Positions 1-8,116 of a stretch of DNA of 64,000 nt are shown here, piece after piece. The position numbers and the translations under genes are program-made. The notes beneath the pieces are model-generated. The model worked only from the letters and a program-made list of their open reading frames with translations, had not been told where the DNA came from and made no database searches. Numbering within the stretch: position 1 is the stretch's first letter; the number at the start of each line of letters is the position of its first letter. Source of the DNA: Candidatus Firestonebacteria bacterium RIFOXYD2_FULL_39_29 (GTDB taxonomy: Bacteria > Oederibacteriota > D2-FULL-39-29); assembly GCA_001778375.1 (NCBI GenBank), contig MFGV01000075.1, positions 2,354 to 66,353 on the forward strand. The letters run 5' to 3'.

Positions 1-2149
1 TCAAAATCAATGGGTTCATTTTAGAGAAATATTCACGAAGGGCTTCACCGTATGAAGATCTCATCCATTTATTAGATGTTATATAGCAGAATATTCCAGT
101 TTCTTTTTTTACTAGCTGCAGTCCTAATTCATAAAACAAACAATAAATATCTCCTGTTCGCTCAAACGTTTTATACCCTACATTCTCATACAAGTTTGCT
201 AGAGCACCATGGTTTCTCTGTAGCTGAACGTAAGGAGGGTTCCCTATACAAATATCATATCTCTCAACACCAAGCATCATTTTTGAATCAAAGAACAAAG
301 CAGATATATCCGTCCTGAATGGATCATAGCTCTCAAGTTGCTTGCTTAACTCTGATTTCCTAATACCCTTATTATCTTTGTTTTTGGCCTCCATATATTT
401 GTAAAACTTTTCTTTTATTGCCTTTTTAGCTTTGTAATCTCCAGGCACAAAATACTCTTCTCTTGCTTCAGACACTTTACCTTCAAGCGATGTGTCATCA
501 TCAAACGCATATTGTACGCTTTCATTCTTTAGCTTCACCAAGCTGTTAGCGCAAACAAACTTAAAGACAAGGTTCGGAAGTGGATCTATTTTCCCTGTCT
601 TTGCGTGTTCATCCACCACTATTGAAAGCCAAACCCTTAACCTGGCTATCTCAATAGCCATTGGCTCTATATCAACGCCAAAAATACTATTCTTAATGAT
701 TTCCATTTTTTTCTTGTAGTGATCAATGCTTGGCTCTATTCTTTCATAGCTGGCAAGGATAAGATGAAGCATTCCCATCGGAAACGCACCGGAACCGCAG
801 GCAGGATCTATAATCTTAACTTCATCAAGAGCTTTCTCAATATCATATTTGTATTGTTTTAAATCAGCGCGATAGTTTCTTGCCTGATCCCGAAATTCAT
901 GGTCTTTGGTATCAAGGAGGAGCCCAAGAATTTTCTCCTTGTTCTGGTCATCCTTGAGTCGAGTTTTAAGATACTCCCTTAAACTTTCCTTACACATAAA
1001 ATCAACTATTTCCCTGGGAGTATAGAAGGCTCCTTTGGCCTTTCTTGCTTGTTCACCAGTTTCTTCTACCTGTTCGGCAAGGAGGTTCTCAAATATTCTT
1101 CCTAACATTTCAGGATCAATTGCTATTTGCTGGTATGTGCTGGTACTCTCGTCAGTTGTGAAATTATAGTGCTTAAAAAAACCATATAAACGGATGAAGT
1201 AATCTTTAGGGAATTTGAGTTTCTTATCTTCAAAGCCGTCGAACTCTTTAGGTTCGAAGATACCACCGTTCAAGAAAGGGGTTGTTCTATCAACGCCTTT
1301 TTCTCTTTTGTTGACTTCAGTGTTTAACACTTTGAAAAACAGCGTTTCAAGCTTTCCTTTATAATATTTTGTTCCGTCTTCAGCCTCAGCATCAAAGTAT
1401 TTATTGTCTGGACTAATAACACCTTTTTTGTTCAAAAACCAGCAAAAGATAATACGACCTAATAACCTATTTGCAAACTGTGCTGCGTGTTTTTCATCAA
1501 GATATTTTATATCTTCACTTAAGTACTGTCTTAGCTCTGTAAAGAAACCGCTTATATCTTTATAGAACTGCTTATTGACCGGTTCAAGGTCAAAACTTGA
1601 CCAAAGAATTTCGTGCGCTTGGGCTTTGTTACTAAAGTCGATGGGTTGCAGCCACTTCGCAAGAATTTCCTGTTGCGTTACTTTTAATGATTCTTCTAAT
1701 TCCAATGTTCTTATTACATAGTTTTTGCTTAATACAATAATGACTCTATCAGCCTCTTCGGGAATGATGAAATCAATGCCAACATTTAAGTCTGCAAAAT
1801 ATGGAGCATCTTCGAAGTTGGGAGTGAGGGCAACAGCCCAGCTAACATTTGCTTTTGATGAGTTCTTCAGCCAGAATGCTTTTATATCAACATTGTTTCC
1901 GCTTCCATCGGCGATTTTATAAGCTGCCCTTTTATCCGCAAATCCTTCTGCCTGCATAAAGAAACTTGCATTCGAGCGAATCTTACCTTGATTATCATTA
2001 AAGAGAACCCACTTGTCTTTGGAAGGAACATCAAGAAGGGAAATAATACCATCAATAACAGCCTGGGCATTACCAAAGCAATGCTTACTATTTAAAGCTA
2101 TTAATGCTTTATCAATAATGCCTAGCTTATTATTTATTGTCCCTGACAT
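1..2149 (-). CDS. N6-adenine DNA methyltransferase, gamma class (Eco57I/PglX/DrmMI-like), C-terminus beyond window start
   Basis: Continuous minus-strand reading frame from ATG at 2149 to position 1 without stop (hand translation). FYTPREIVDFM motif, then DPACGSGAF (motif I), then NPPY (motif IV), which is the gamma-class order. Long N-terminal extension. Start overlaps the stop of the upstream helicase gene by ~20 nt. Confidence 0.8.
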   Translation of the reverse strand, partial: MSGTINNKLGIIDKALIALNSKHCFGNAQAVIDGIISLLDVPSKDKWVLFNDNQGKIRSNASFFMQAEGFADKRAAYKIADGSGNNVDIKAFWLKNSSKANVSWAVALTPNFEDAPYFADLNVGIDFIIPEEADRVIIVLSKNYVIRTLELEESLKVTQQEILAKWLQPIDFSNKAQAHEILWSSFDLEPVNKQFYKDISGFFTELRQYLSEDIKYLDEKHAAQFANRLLGRIIFCWFLNKKGVISPDNKYFDAEAEDGTKYYKGKLETLFFKVLNTEVNKREKGVDRTTPFLNGGIFEPKEFDGFEDKKLKFPKDYFIRLYGFFKHYNFTTDESTSTYQQIAIDPEMLGRIFENLLAEQVEETGEQARKAKGAFYTPREIVDFMCKESLREYLKTRLKDDQNKEKILGLLLDTKDHEFRDQARNYRADLKQYKYDIEKALDEVKIIDPACGSGAFPMGMLHLILASYERIEPSIDHYKKKMEIIKNSIFGVDIEPMAIEIARLRVWLSIVVDEHAKTGKIDPLPNLVFKFVCANSLVKLKNESVQYAFDDDTSLEGKVSEAREEYFVPGDYKAKKAIKEKFYKYMEAKNKDNKGIRKSELSKQLESYDPFRTDISALFFDSKMMLGVERYDICIGNPPYVQLQRNHGALANLYENVGYKTFERTGDIYCLFYELGLQLVKKETGIFCYITSNKWMRSSYGEALREYFSKMNPLIL

Positions 2150-5100
2150 AATATAACATCTCCCTTGACTCAACAACCTTTGCAGTGATATTGGAACTTG
2201 CTCCCTTGTTTTTGGAGATTTTCACAAGTTCTTTTATTAATTCAAGGATGTCTTTGTTTTCTTTTGCTCTCTTTACAATTTCCCTGGTCAGCTTTTTGAT
2301 TTTCTGACTGTCCAATACATTTTTAGTCTGAAAAGATATTCGAGCTAACTTAATATCTTCCATCTCAAAGTGAAGGTTATACATAAGTTCAAGAACCTTG
2401 TTCTGCTGGCCAATAGGTGAACCAGCTGCTTCCGAAACCGTATATGACTGTGACTTTTGCCTAACAATCTCAGATACCTCCACTTTGCTGATACTAATTT
2501 TATCGGCAACACGCTTATTATCGTCTTTATTTGTCTTTAGCCATTCCAAGGCCTGAAGTTGAGGCACCGCTTTGAAATCATCACCATCTTTTGTTGTGGC
2601 ATAAAAGGCATAGCCAATTCCTTTTTCTTTTTCGGAGTCAAGCCTGCTAAGAATCAAAACATCGCCGCGCTTTTCACCATGGTGTTCACATTCCGGCATT
2701 ACAGCCCACTTGCCTTCTGATATACAGTATATGTCTTTCTTATATGCTTCAGGTATGTTTTCATCTTCATGGAATATTTTAAGATCTGACACATAATCAT
2801 CTTCCGCGAGAAGCAAATCGGACTCCTTTTCAGCCTCCTCAAACGCTTTCATTCTTTTTGCCTGATCATCACTATATATGTCTTTCCAAGTATCTGTAAA
2901 CTCAATAGGATTTTCTTTCTCGTCCAACACCGGAGTATCCGTACCTATTGTATTCTTTATGAGATTGATTTTTCCTTCCAGACGCTCTACCAACCTTAAA
3001 TGCTCTTCAAGCTGCTGTTCTGGGCTTATGTTATATATGTAAACATTTTTAAATTCTGAGCCAATCCTATTTATTCTGCCGTTTCTTTGTATCATCCTTA
3101 CTGGATTCCAATGCAGGTCATAATTTATAAGAATACCGCAATCTTGAAGGTTCTGACCTTCAGATAAAATATCGGTGGAGAATAGCCATTTTATTTCTGG
3201 TTTGCCCTTCAATTCGTATTTTTGTGCTTTAGGTGCAAAGCTTCCTGATAAAATATCTGCATCGACTCTGTTTCTTGAAGAAAGAAAGCCCTCTTTACCT
3301 TTTATGAACGGTGTGTGTTTGGGTAGTTCTCTTTTTAGATATTCAACCGTGTCTGCAAAGAACGAGAAAACCAGTACTTTTCCACCATTAGTATTCTTCT
3401 TGTTAATCTCATTGAGCAGATCGGCAAATGCTTTTATCTTTGAGTCGTCCTTTTCAATAATCGCAAGCTGTTGGTCAAGGACTTTAAGAAGTTGTTTTTC
3501 TTTTTCTATATCTTGCTTTAGCTCCTTGAGCGCATACCTCTTATCATCAACCTTATCAAGCTCAAGTTCTTTGATTTGATCCTGGTCTTCCGCATCTGCC
3601 TCATCATCACTTATCTCAAGTAATTGGCTTATAGCATCGGGATCATCCATACTAACAATTATATTTTTATTCAGTCCCTTTTCGAATATTTCCAGCTTCT
3701 CTCCGTAATTATCAAGAGAATACCGCAAAGCAGAAACAGAAGATTCAAGTCGCTTTAAAAGCGAGGTTCTTAATATCCCATATAAGCTAATCTGCCTGTA
3801 TAAATCCATTCTTTCTTCGCCGGGTAGGTTCAGCGCTTTTATCTGCTCACGCGTTTTTCCATAATACTTTGTCTGATACATTCTCCATTTGTAATGGATA
3901 AAACCTAGCATTAAGAGTGTTTTATAAACATAGCTAATCGGAGACTCATCTGTTTTCTCTTTTTCCATACATTTAATACTTCTAAGTTGCCTTAAAGGAT
4001 GCAGCAGATCTTTTGTATTATCTATAATGTCACCGGTTTGGAGGCAATATATTGTTTTCAAATCTATTTCTTTACTTTTAAGCCCCTGTATTTCCTTTAG
4101 GACTTCTTCCTTAAAACGGTATTTTTTTACTTCGGGATATGGTACCGGAAAGCCTGATTCTTTACCGTCAATTCTCAAACATCCATATTCTTTTATTATC
4201 CCCTGTCTTGTTCTACGCACCACAAAAGCCCTAATAATCGGCGCCATTATCTGCCTTACATAATCAAAATCTATCTCGCCCTTTTCACTATAATCTTGAT
4301 TCATTTTCTTTTTAAGATTTTGTATTGCAGTATAAAAATCAAGAGGAGCTGTGTGTTTAAGTTTATTATCAACAGCAGTGACCCTGAAAACATCAGCCTC
4401 CCCACCTGTGCCAAGAAGGATCTGATTTGACAAGTCATTTATCTGATTGTTAATCGGAGTGGCTGTCAGAAGAAGCACATGGCAGTTTTTATTAGTTCTT
4501 ATCCAATTAACTATCTGGTCAAATCTTTTTCCGGCTTTATTCCGTAGGTTATGGGATTCGTCTAAAACAAACAAGCTTACACCAGCTATTTTATCCAACG
4601 CTATCCGAGATTCTATCTCCTTTTGATTTTGCAGGGTTAGAGGTGTAATGTTTAAAACACCTTGGGTAGTCAATTCCTTGGTCCACTGATTCTTTAACGA
4701 CTTTGGACAAATCACCTCAATCCGCTTCTGTACACCGTCTCCGGTAAGGTACTGTTTGATGACTTCTATTGCCGTGTATGTCTTACCCAAACCGACGGAA
4801 TCGGCAAGCATCGCTACCTTGTATTTTCTTAACCTTCGGATAAGAGCGTGAACATTCTTTATCTGAAAGCTCATGAGATCGTGCGCGCCTTTTAGGCTGG
4901 TATCAAGCTCTTCTTCTTCAAGTTCTTCTTTGTACAGTTCATATAAAGTCTTGATATAAGTTTCATAAGGACTGTAAAGAGTATCTCCTACCGGAGAAAG
5001 CTCCAATATCTCGCTAAATTTTCCATCCCAGTCTTCCGTTGTCGGATCATTCCATAATTCATCAAACCAGAAGAGATGGCCTGCTTCCTGATCTTTACTT

Positions 5101-5609
5101 TTTGGTTGGAAATACACTATTCTATGGTCTGATTCTAAAGCGTTTAGCTCAGTGTTATGGGTCAATCCGCTTTCCGTAAAATTTGATGACCCAATGATGC
5201 CGATACCTTCTTTGCAGGAGTAATCTCCAAATATATAGCACTTGGCATGCAAAAAAGTCTTTCTATATACTTTGACTTCTAGAACCTTTTGATCAATTAA
5301 TTTTTTTAAACAAGTAATTGTATTTTTGAGTTTTCCGCTTGGAGGCATGCTTGCTAAATCATACTTAAAATCTTGATCAGGATAATCCGTTTCGGGGGAA
5401 GTTAATTGATGCCTTGGGATTAACGGCTCGCGTCCTATCAATAGCCGTATTTTCTTATATTTCCTTAGATTATCAATTACAAGGTCTGTTCCAGCAAGAT
5501 TCCAATATCCTGTAGCAATAGAAAGTGTATCAAAATCAGAGGAAATGTTTTTAATTGCATTCAAAAGGGAGACTCTTTTATTGTCAATTATCTTTGGTAA
5601 CCTTGCCAT
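2130..5609 (-). CDS. PLD-family nuclease domain fused to SNF2/DEXH helicase (1159 aa)
   Basis: N-terminal HKD-type motif HAKCYIF followed by GSSNFT (PLD/Nuc-like). Helicase motif I LADSVGLGKT, motif II VLDESHNLRN, motif III LLLTATPINN, motif VI QRNGRINRIGS. RBS AGGGGCGGAG upstream of ATG at 5609. Confidence 0.85.
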   Translation of the reverse strand: MARLPKIIDNKRVSLLNAIKNISSDFDTLSIATGYWNLAGTDLVIDNLRKYKKIRLLIGREPLIPRHQLTSPETDYPDQDFKYDLASMPPSGKLKNTITCLKKLIDQKVLEVKVYRKTFLHAKCYIFGDYSCKEGIGIIGSSNFTESGLTHNTELNALESDHRIVYFQPKSKDQEAGHLFWFDELWNDPTTEDWDGKFSEILELSPVGDTLYSPYETYIKTLYELYKEELEEEELDTSLKGAHDLMSFQIKNVHALIRRLRKYKVAMLADSVGLGKTYTAIEVIKQYLTGDGVQKRIEVICPKSLKNQWTKELTTQGVLNITPLTLQNQKEIESRIALDKIAGVSLFVLDESHNLRNKAGKRFDQIVNWIRTNKNCHVLLLTATPINNQINDLSNQILLGTGGEADVFRVTAVDNKLKHTAPLDFYTAIQNLKKKMNQDYSEKGEIDFDYVRQIMAPIIRAFVVRRTRQGIIKEYGCLRIDGKESGFPVPYPEVKKYRFKEEVLKEIQGLKSKEIDLKTIYCLQTGDIIDNTKDLLHPLRQLRSIKCMEKEKTDESPISYVYKTLLMLGFIHYKWRMYQTKYYGKTREQIKALNLPGEERMDLYRQISLYGILRTSLLKRLESSVSALRYSLDNYGEKLEIFEKGLNKNIIVSMDDPDAISQLLEISDDEADAEDQDQIKELELDKVDDKRYALKELKQDIEKEKQLLKVLDQQLAIIEKDDSKIKAFADLLNEINKKNTNGGKVLVFSFFADTVEYLKRELPKHTPFIKGKEGFLSSRNRVDADILSGSFAPKAQKYELKGKPEIKWLFSTDILSEGQNLQDCGILINYDLHWNPVRMIQRNGRINRIGSEFKNVYIYNISPEQQLEEHLRLVERLEGKINLIKNTIGTDTPVLDEKENPIEFTDTWKDIYSDDQAKRMKAFEEAEKESDLLLAEDDYVSDLKIFHEDENIPEAYKKDIYCISEGKWAVMPECEHHGEKRGDVLILSRLDSEKEKGIGYAFYATTKDGDDFKAVPQLQALEWLKTNKDDNKRVADKISISKVEVSEIVRQKSQSYTVSEAAGSPIGQQNKVLELMYNLHFEMEDIKLARISFQTKNVLDSQKIKKLTREIVKRAKENKDILELIKELVKISKNKGASSNITAKVVESREMLYYVRDNK

Positions 5610-5654
5610 CTATTCTCCGCCCCTGCTAAATTTTCACCCAAACAACATACAACT

Positions 5655-5880
5655 ATTATGATTTTACCATAAAAAAAGGTTTTTAAATAGTGGGAATTTG
5701 CATTTCGATGTAAAAACAAGGCAATATGAGTAGGATTTAAAAGATTTTATTTAGGGGCCGGCGGTCGCCCCTATTCGGTACTCAAGGGGTGAAACGGAGC
5801 GACCTGAAGGAATTGCGTCCGGCCCGTTTTAACTATTCGCTTATTCTATGAATTCTTTAAAAGGCTATCAAGCTAGTTAT
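5655..5880. repeat. Repeat A, copy 1: ~230 bp module with GC-rich imperfect palindrome (approx 5748-5845) plus AT-rich part carrying conserved TGGTAAAAT
   Basis: Homologous to 6455-6700. Conserved arms ATTTAGGGGCCGGCGGTCGCCC and GGAATTGCGTCCGGCCCGTTTTAAC are imperfect inverted repeats of each other; the centre differs between copies. Lies directly upstream of the helicase start. Confidence 0.7.
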
Positions 5881-6143
5881 TAGTTGCAGTTTTGCAGCAC
5901 ATTTTGAATTACTTTTAAATCTGCAATGATATTCTTCATTTCTTCATCATCATTTGTACCAAAAAGAACACTGTCGTACAAGTTTTTTTGTTCTATATGG
6001 AACAGGTGGTCATCACAAATGTTTTTCGTTATCCCTGCTGATTCTTCTTCTAAAATGCGCCTTAAAATCATAATCCGGACTTTATTTTCATCAATGCCAA
6101 AATCGTTCATCTTGCCCCCCTTGAAAATATTGGGGACAGACAC
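5880..6143 (-). CDS. hypothetical small protein (76-87 aa; probable true start MNDFGIDENK near 6110 with RBS AAGGGGGGC)
   Basis: Track ORF. N-terminal part overlaps repeat B copy 1. No recognisable domain. Confidence 0.4.
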   Translation of the reverse strand: MSVPNIFKGGKMNDFGIDENKVRIMILRRILEEESAGITKNICDDHLFHIEQKNLYDSVLFGTNDDEEMKNIIADLKVIQNVLQNCN

Positions 6144-6225
6144 CGCTTATCCTCCAAAAAGATCGGAGGATGAACAATATATAATTTTCACATTATAGTC
6201 GTTCAAAGATGTTGTCAGTCCCCGC
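6124..6225. repeat. Repeat B, copy 1: ~95 bp element with imperfect terminal inverted repeats and internal hairpin
   Basis: GGGGACAGACACC ... TGTTGTCAGTCCCC termini; internal ATCCTCC-N9-GGAGGAT hairpin; three copies in the window. Confidence 0.75.
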
Positions 6226-6253
6226 TATTTCAACCTTTGCCTATCGTAGATTT

Positions 6254-6403
6254 TTAGCCCGCTTCATTAACTTTAACGGCAGATTCATCAAACTTTTTTA
6301 AAAGCTTTATTTCCGCAGGAAGAAGAAACTTAGTATTTGAAAGTGAATTTAGCGTTAGTTTCTCTATTTCCGTCAGCACCACGTTGATTCTATATTCGGG
6401 CAT
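6254..6403 (-). CDS. hypothetical small protein (49 aa from MPEYRINVV; strong RBS AAAGGAGC)
   Basis: Track ORF 6254..6442 trimmed to the internal ATG that is preceded by an RBS. Upstream region is homologous to the helicase upstream region (repeat A module). Confidence 0.45.
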   Translation of the reverse strand: MPEYRINVVLTEIEKLTLNSLSNTKFLLPAEIKLLKKFDESAVKVNEAG

Positions 6404-6454
6404 TGAATTGCTCCTTTCATTTAATAAAAACAATTTTACCACAAAAGTGACTTA

Positions 6455-6700
6455 AAACAAAGGTTTTTGGACCAATATATTCATTACAGAGTAACGCTTT
6501 TCTATGGATTTATGGGAGAGAAAGGAAGTCATTTACGAGGATTTTATTTAGGGGCCGGCGGTCGCCCTCAGAAAAATAGAGCAATAGAAATTCGAAAACA
6601 TGCCTGACGGCATGATGCGAAAGGAATTGCGTCCGGACCGTTTTAACTACTCGTTGATTTTGTTTTTATTCTTTGAAATCTTTAAAAGGCTATCAAGATT
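6455..6700. repeat. Repeat A, copy 2 (~245 bp, GC-rich palindrome approx 6548-6650)
   Basis: Same conserved arms and TGGTAAAAT block as copy 1. The variable centre contains the hairpin GCATCATGCC-GTCAG-GCATGATGC. Confidence 0.7.
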
Positions 6701-6800
6701 GTTGTTAGCTGCTGTTTTTGCGTTATTTTGATCTGAAGTGGTTGTTCGGAATTTCCGAACAACTGATTGCTTTTCTAATTCACCTTCATTAAATATGTTG
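6700..6800 (-). pseudogene. degenerate remnant homologous to the 5880-6143 small ORF
   Basis: Minus-strand translation NIFNEGELEKQSVVRKF...NNAKTAANN resembles NIFKGGKMNDFG...QNVLQNCN of the neighbouring ORF. Flanked by repeat B copy 2 and repeat A copy 2 in the same arrangement as the intact unit. Confidence 0.3.
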
Positions 6801-6895
6801 GGGACAGACACCGGAATATCCTCCTAAGAGATTGGCGGATGAACAAATATGTATTTTACATTATGGTTGTTCAGATGTTGTCAGTCCCCGCTTTT
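6799..6895. repeat. Repeat B, copy 2
   Basis: Near-identical to 6124-6225 and 8020-8115. Overlaps the last ~11 codons of rhuM. Confidence 0.75.
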
Positions 6896-7925
6896 GTTTC
6901 TTCTCAACCTTTTTCTGCACGGTTTTAATGGTTTCCAAATAGGCTCTTTCCACAGGAGAAAGTGTTTTAACATGATATTTAAGGTATTCCTTTTCAGCTT
7001 TTTGCATTGCTTCATTGTGGCTGATTTTACCCGCGTCAGGCAGCACACCCTTCCCATACATTTTAGTAAATTTATCAAGTTCCGCTATCCAGTCTTTCAT
7101 CAGCATCCGGGTATGTTCCCGGGCTTTAATCTCAGCAAGGTCGAAAAATGCCGATACCAGGCGGTTAAGACGAAACAATTCATCTTCGTTAAGGTAATTT
7201 TTGGCGATTTTAGTTTCTGCTTTTATCGGTATCTCACCGGTAAAAGTTGTCAATCCCATAAAATCTTTTTCAGCATCGGCGCGCGAATAAATCGTTTCAG
7301 CTGCGGTTTTTTTATTGACTGCATAATGAAGTTTGTTTTGTACTGTTTTAAAAAACCGTATTGATTCTTGTGTGTCAGGATCATAATCAACACTGGTCGC
7401 GTAGAGCTCAAGGACCTGGCGGTACAGCACTTTTTCGCTGCTGCGGATATCGCGGATACGTTCTAAAAGCTCTTTCCAGTAATTCCCCCCGCCCGAGCCT
7501 TTGAGTCTCTCGTCATCCATGGTGAAACCTTTAATCAAATATTCTTTTAGTCGTTGCGTTGCCCACTGCCTGAATTGAGTGCCGCGAATACTGCTTATTC
7601 TATAACCAACAGAAATGATCATATCAAGGTTATAGAACTCAACATCTCTGGAAACATTGCGTTTACCTTCCTTTTGAACTATTAAGAATTCCTTAATAGT
7701 TGACGCACGCTCAAGTTCGCCCTCCGTGAAAATATTCTTAATGTGAATGTTAATATTGGGAATCGAAGTTTGAAACAATTCCGCCATCAATTGCTGGGAA
7801 AGCCAAACCGTCTCATCCTGAAAACGAACCTCAAGCTTCGTTTTCCCGTCTTCTGCCTGATACATCATAATTGATGAATTATTCATTAAATCCCTGGATA
7901 TTTTGTTGTTCTCAACTTGTGACAT
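6861..7925 (-). CDS. rhuM: RhuM-family virulence/Fic-associated protein
   Basis: 354 aa. Conserved RhuM N-terminal block VWLSQQLMAELFQTSIPNINIHIKNIF and the MIISVGYRISSIRGTQFRQWAT region. RBS AAGGAGC; TAGTAAAAT -10-like sequence upstream. Confidence 0.75.
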   Translation of the reverse strand: MSQVENNKISRDLMNNSSIMMYQAEDGKTKLEVRFQDETVWLSQQLMAELFQTSIPNINIHIKNIFTEGELERASTIKEFLIVQKEGKRNVSRDVEFYNLDMIISVGYRISSIRGTQFRQWATQRLKEYLIKGFTMDDERLKGSGGGNYWKELLERIRDIRSSEKVLYRQVLELYATSVDYDPDTQESIRFFKTVQNKLHYAVNKKTAAETIYSRADAEKDFMGLTTFTGEIPIKAETKIAKNYLNEDELFRLNRLVSAFFDLAEIKAREHTRMLMKDWIAELDKFTKMYGKGVLPDAGKISHNEAMQKAEKEYLKYHVKTLSPVERAYLETIKTVQKKVEKKQKRGLTTSEQP

Positions 7926-8019
7926 TATGCTCCTTATATCTCCCTTCTGCTTGTTTATTTTGTTCTAATATTTTACTACAAATGTAAGGTTTTATAAAGG
8001 AGAAATGCGAGGAGTTCGT

Positions 8020-8115
8020 ACTATTGGGGACAGACACCGAAATATCCTCCTAAGAGATTGGCGGATGAACAAATATGTATTTTACATTATGGTTGTTCAG
8101 ATGTTGTCAGTCCCC
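8020..8115. repeat. Repeat B, copy 3
   Basis: Same element, immediately 3' of the stop of the 8117-9533 gene. Confidence 0.75.
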
Positions 8116-8116
8116 G

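Noticed and set aside
5748-5845. GC-rich repeat A as SRP (4.5S) RNA or another housekeeping RNA
   Set aside because: It contains a GAAGGAA stretch, but there are two copies with different centres and no SRP domain IV consensus; the position upstream of promoters argues against it.
5745-6700. Repeat A / repeat B as canonical integron attC sites
   Set aside because: The architecture (imperfect inverted arms, variable centre, downstream of small ORFs) is attC-like, but neither family has the RYYYAAC / GTTRRRY core sites. No IntI-like recombinase is in the window. Kept as a hypothesis only.
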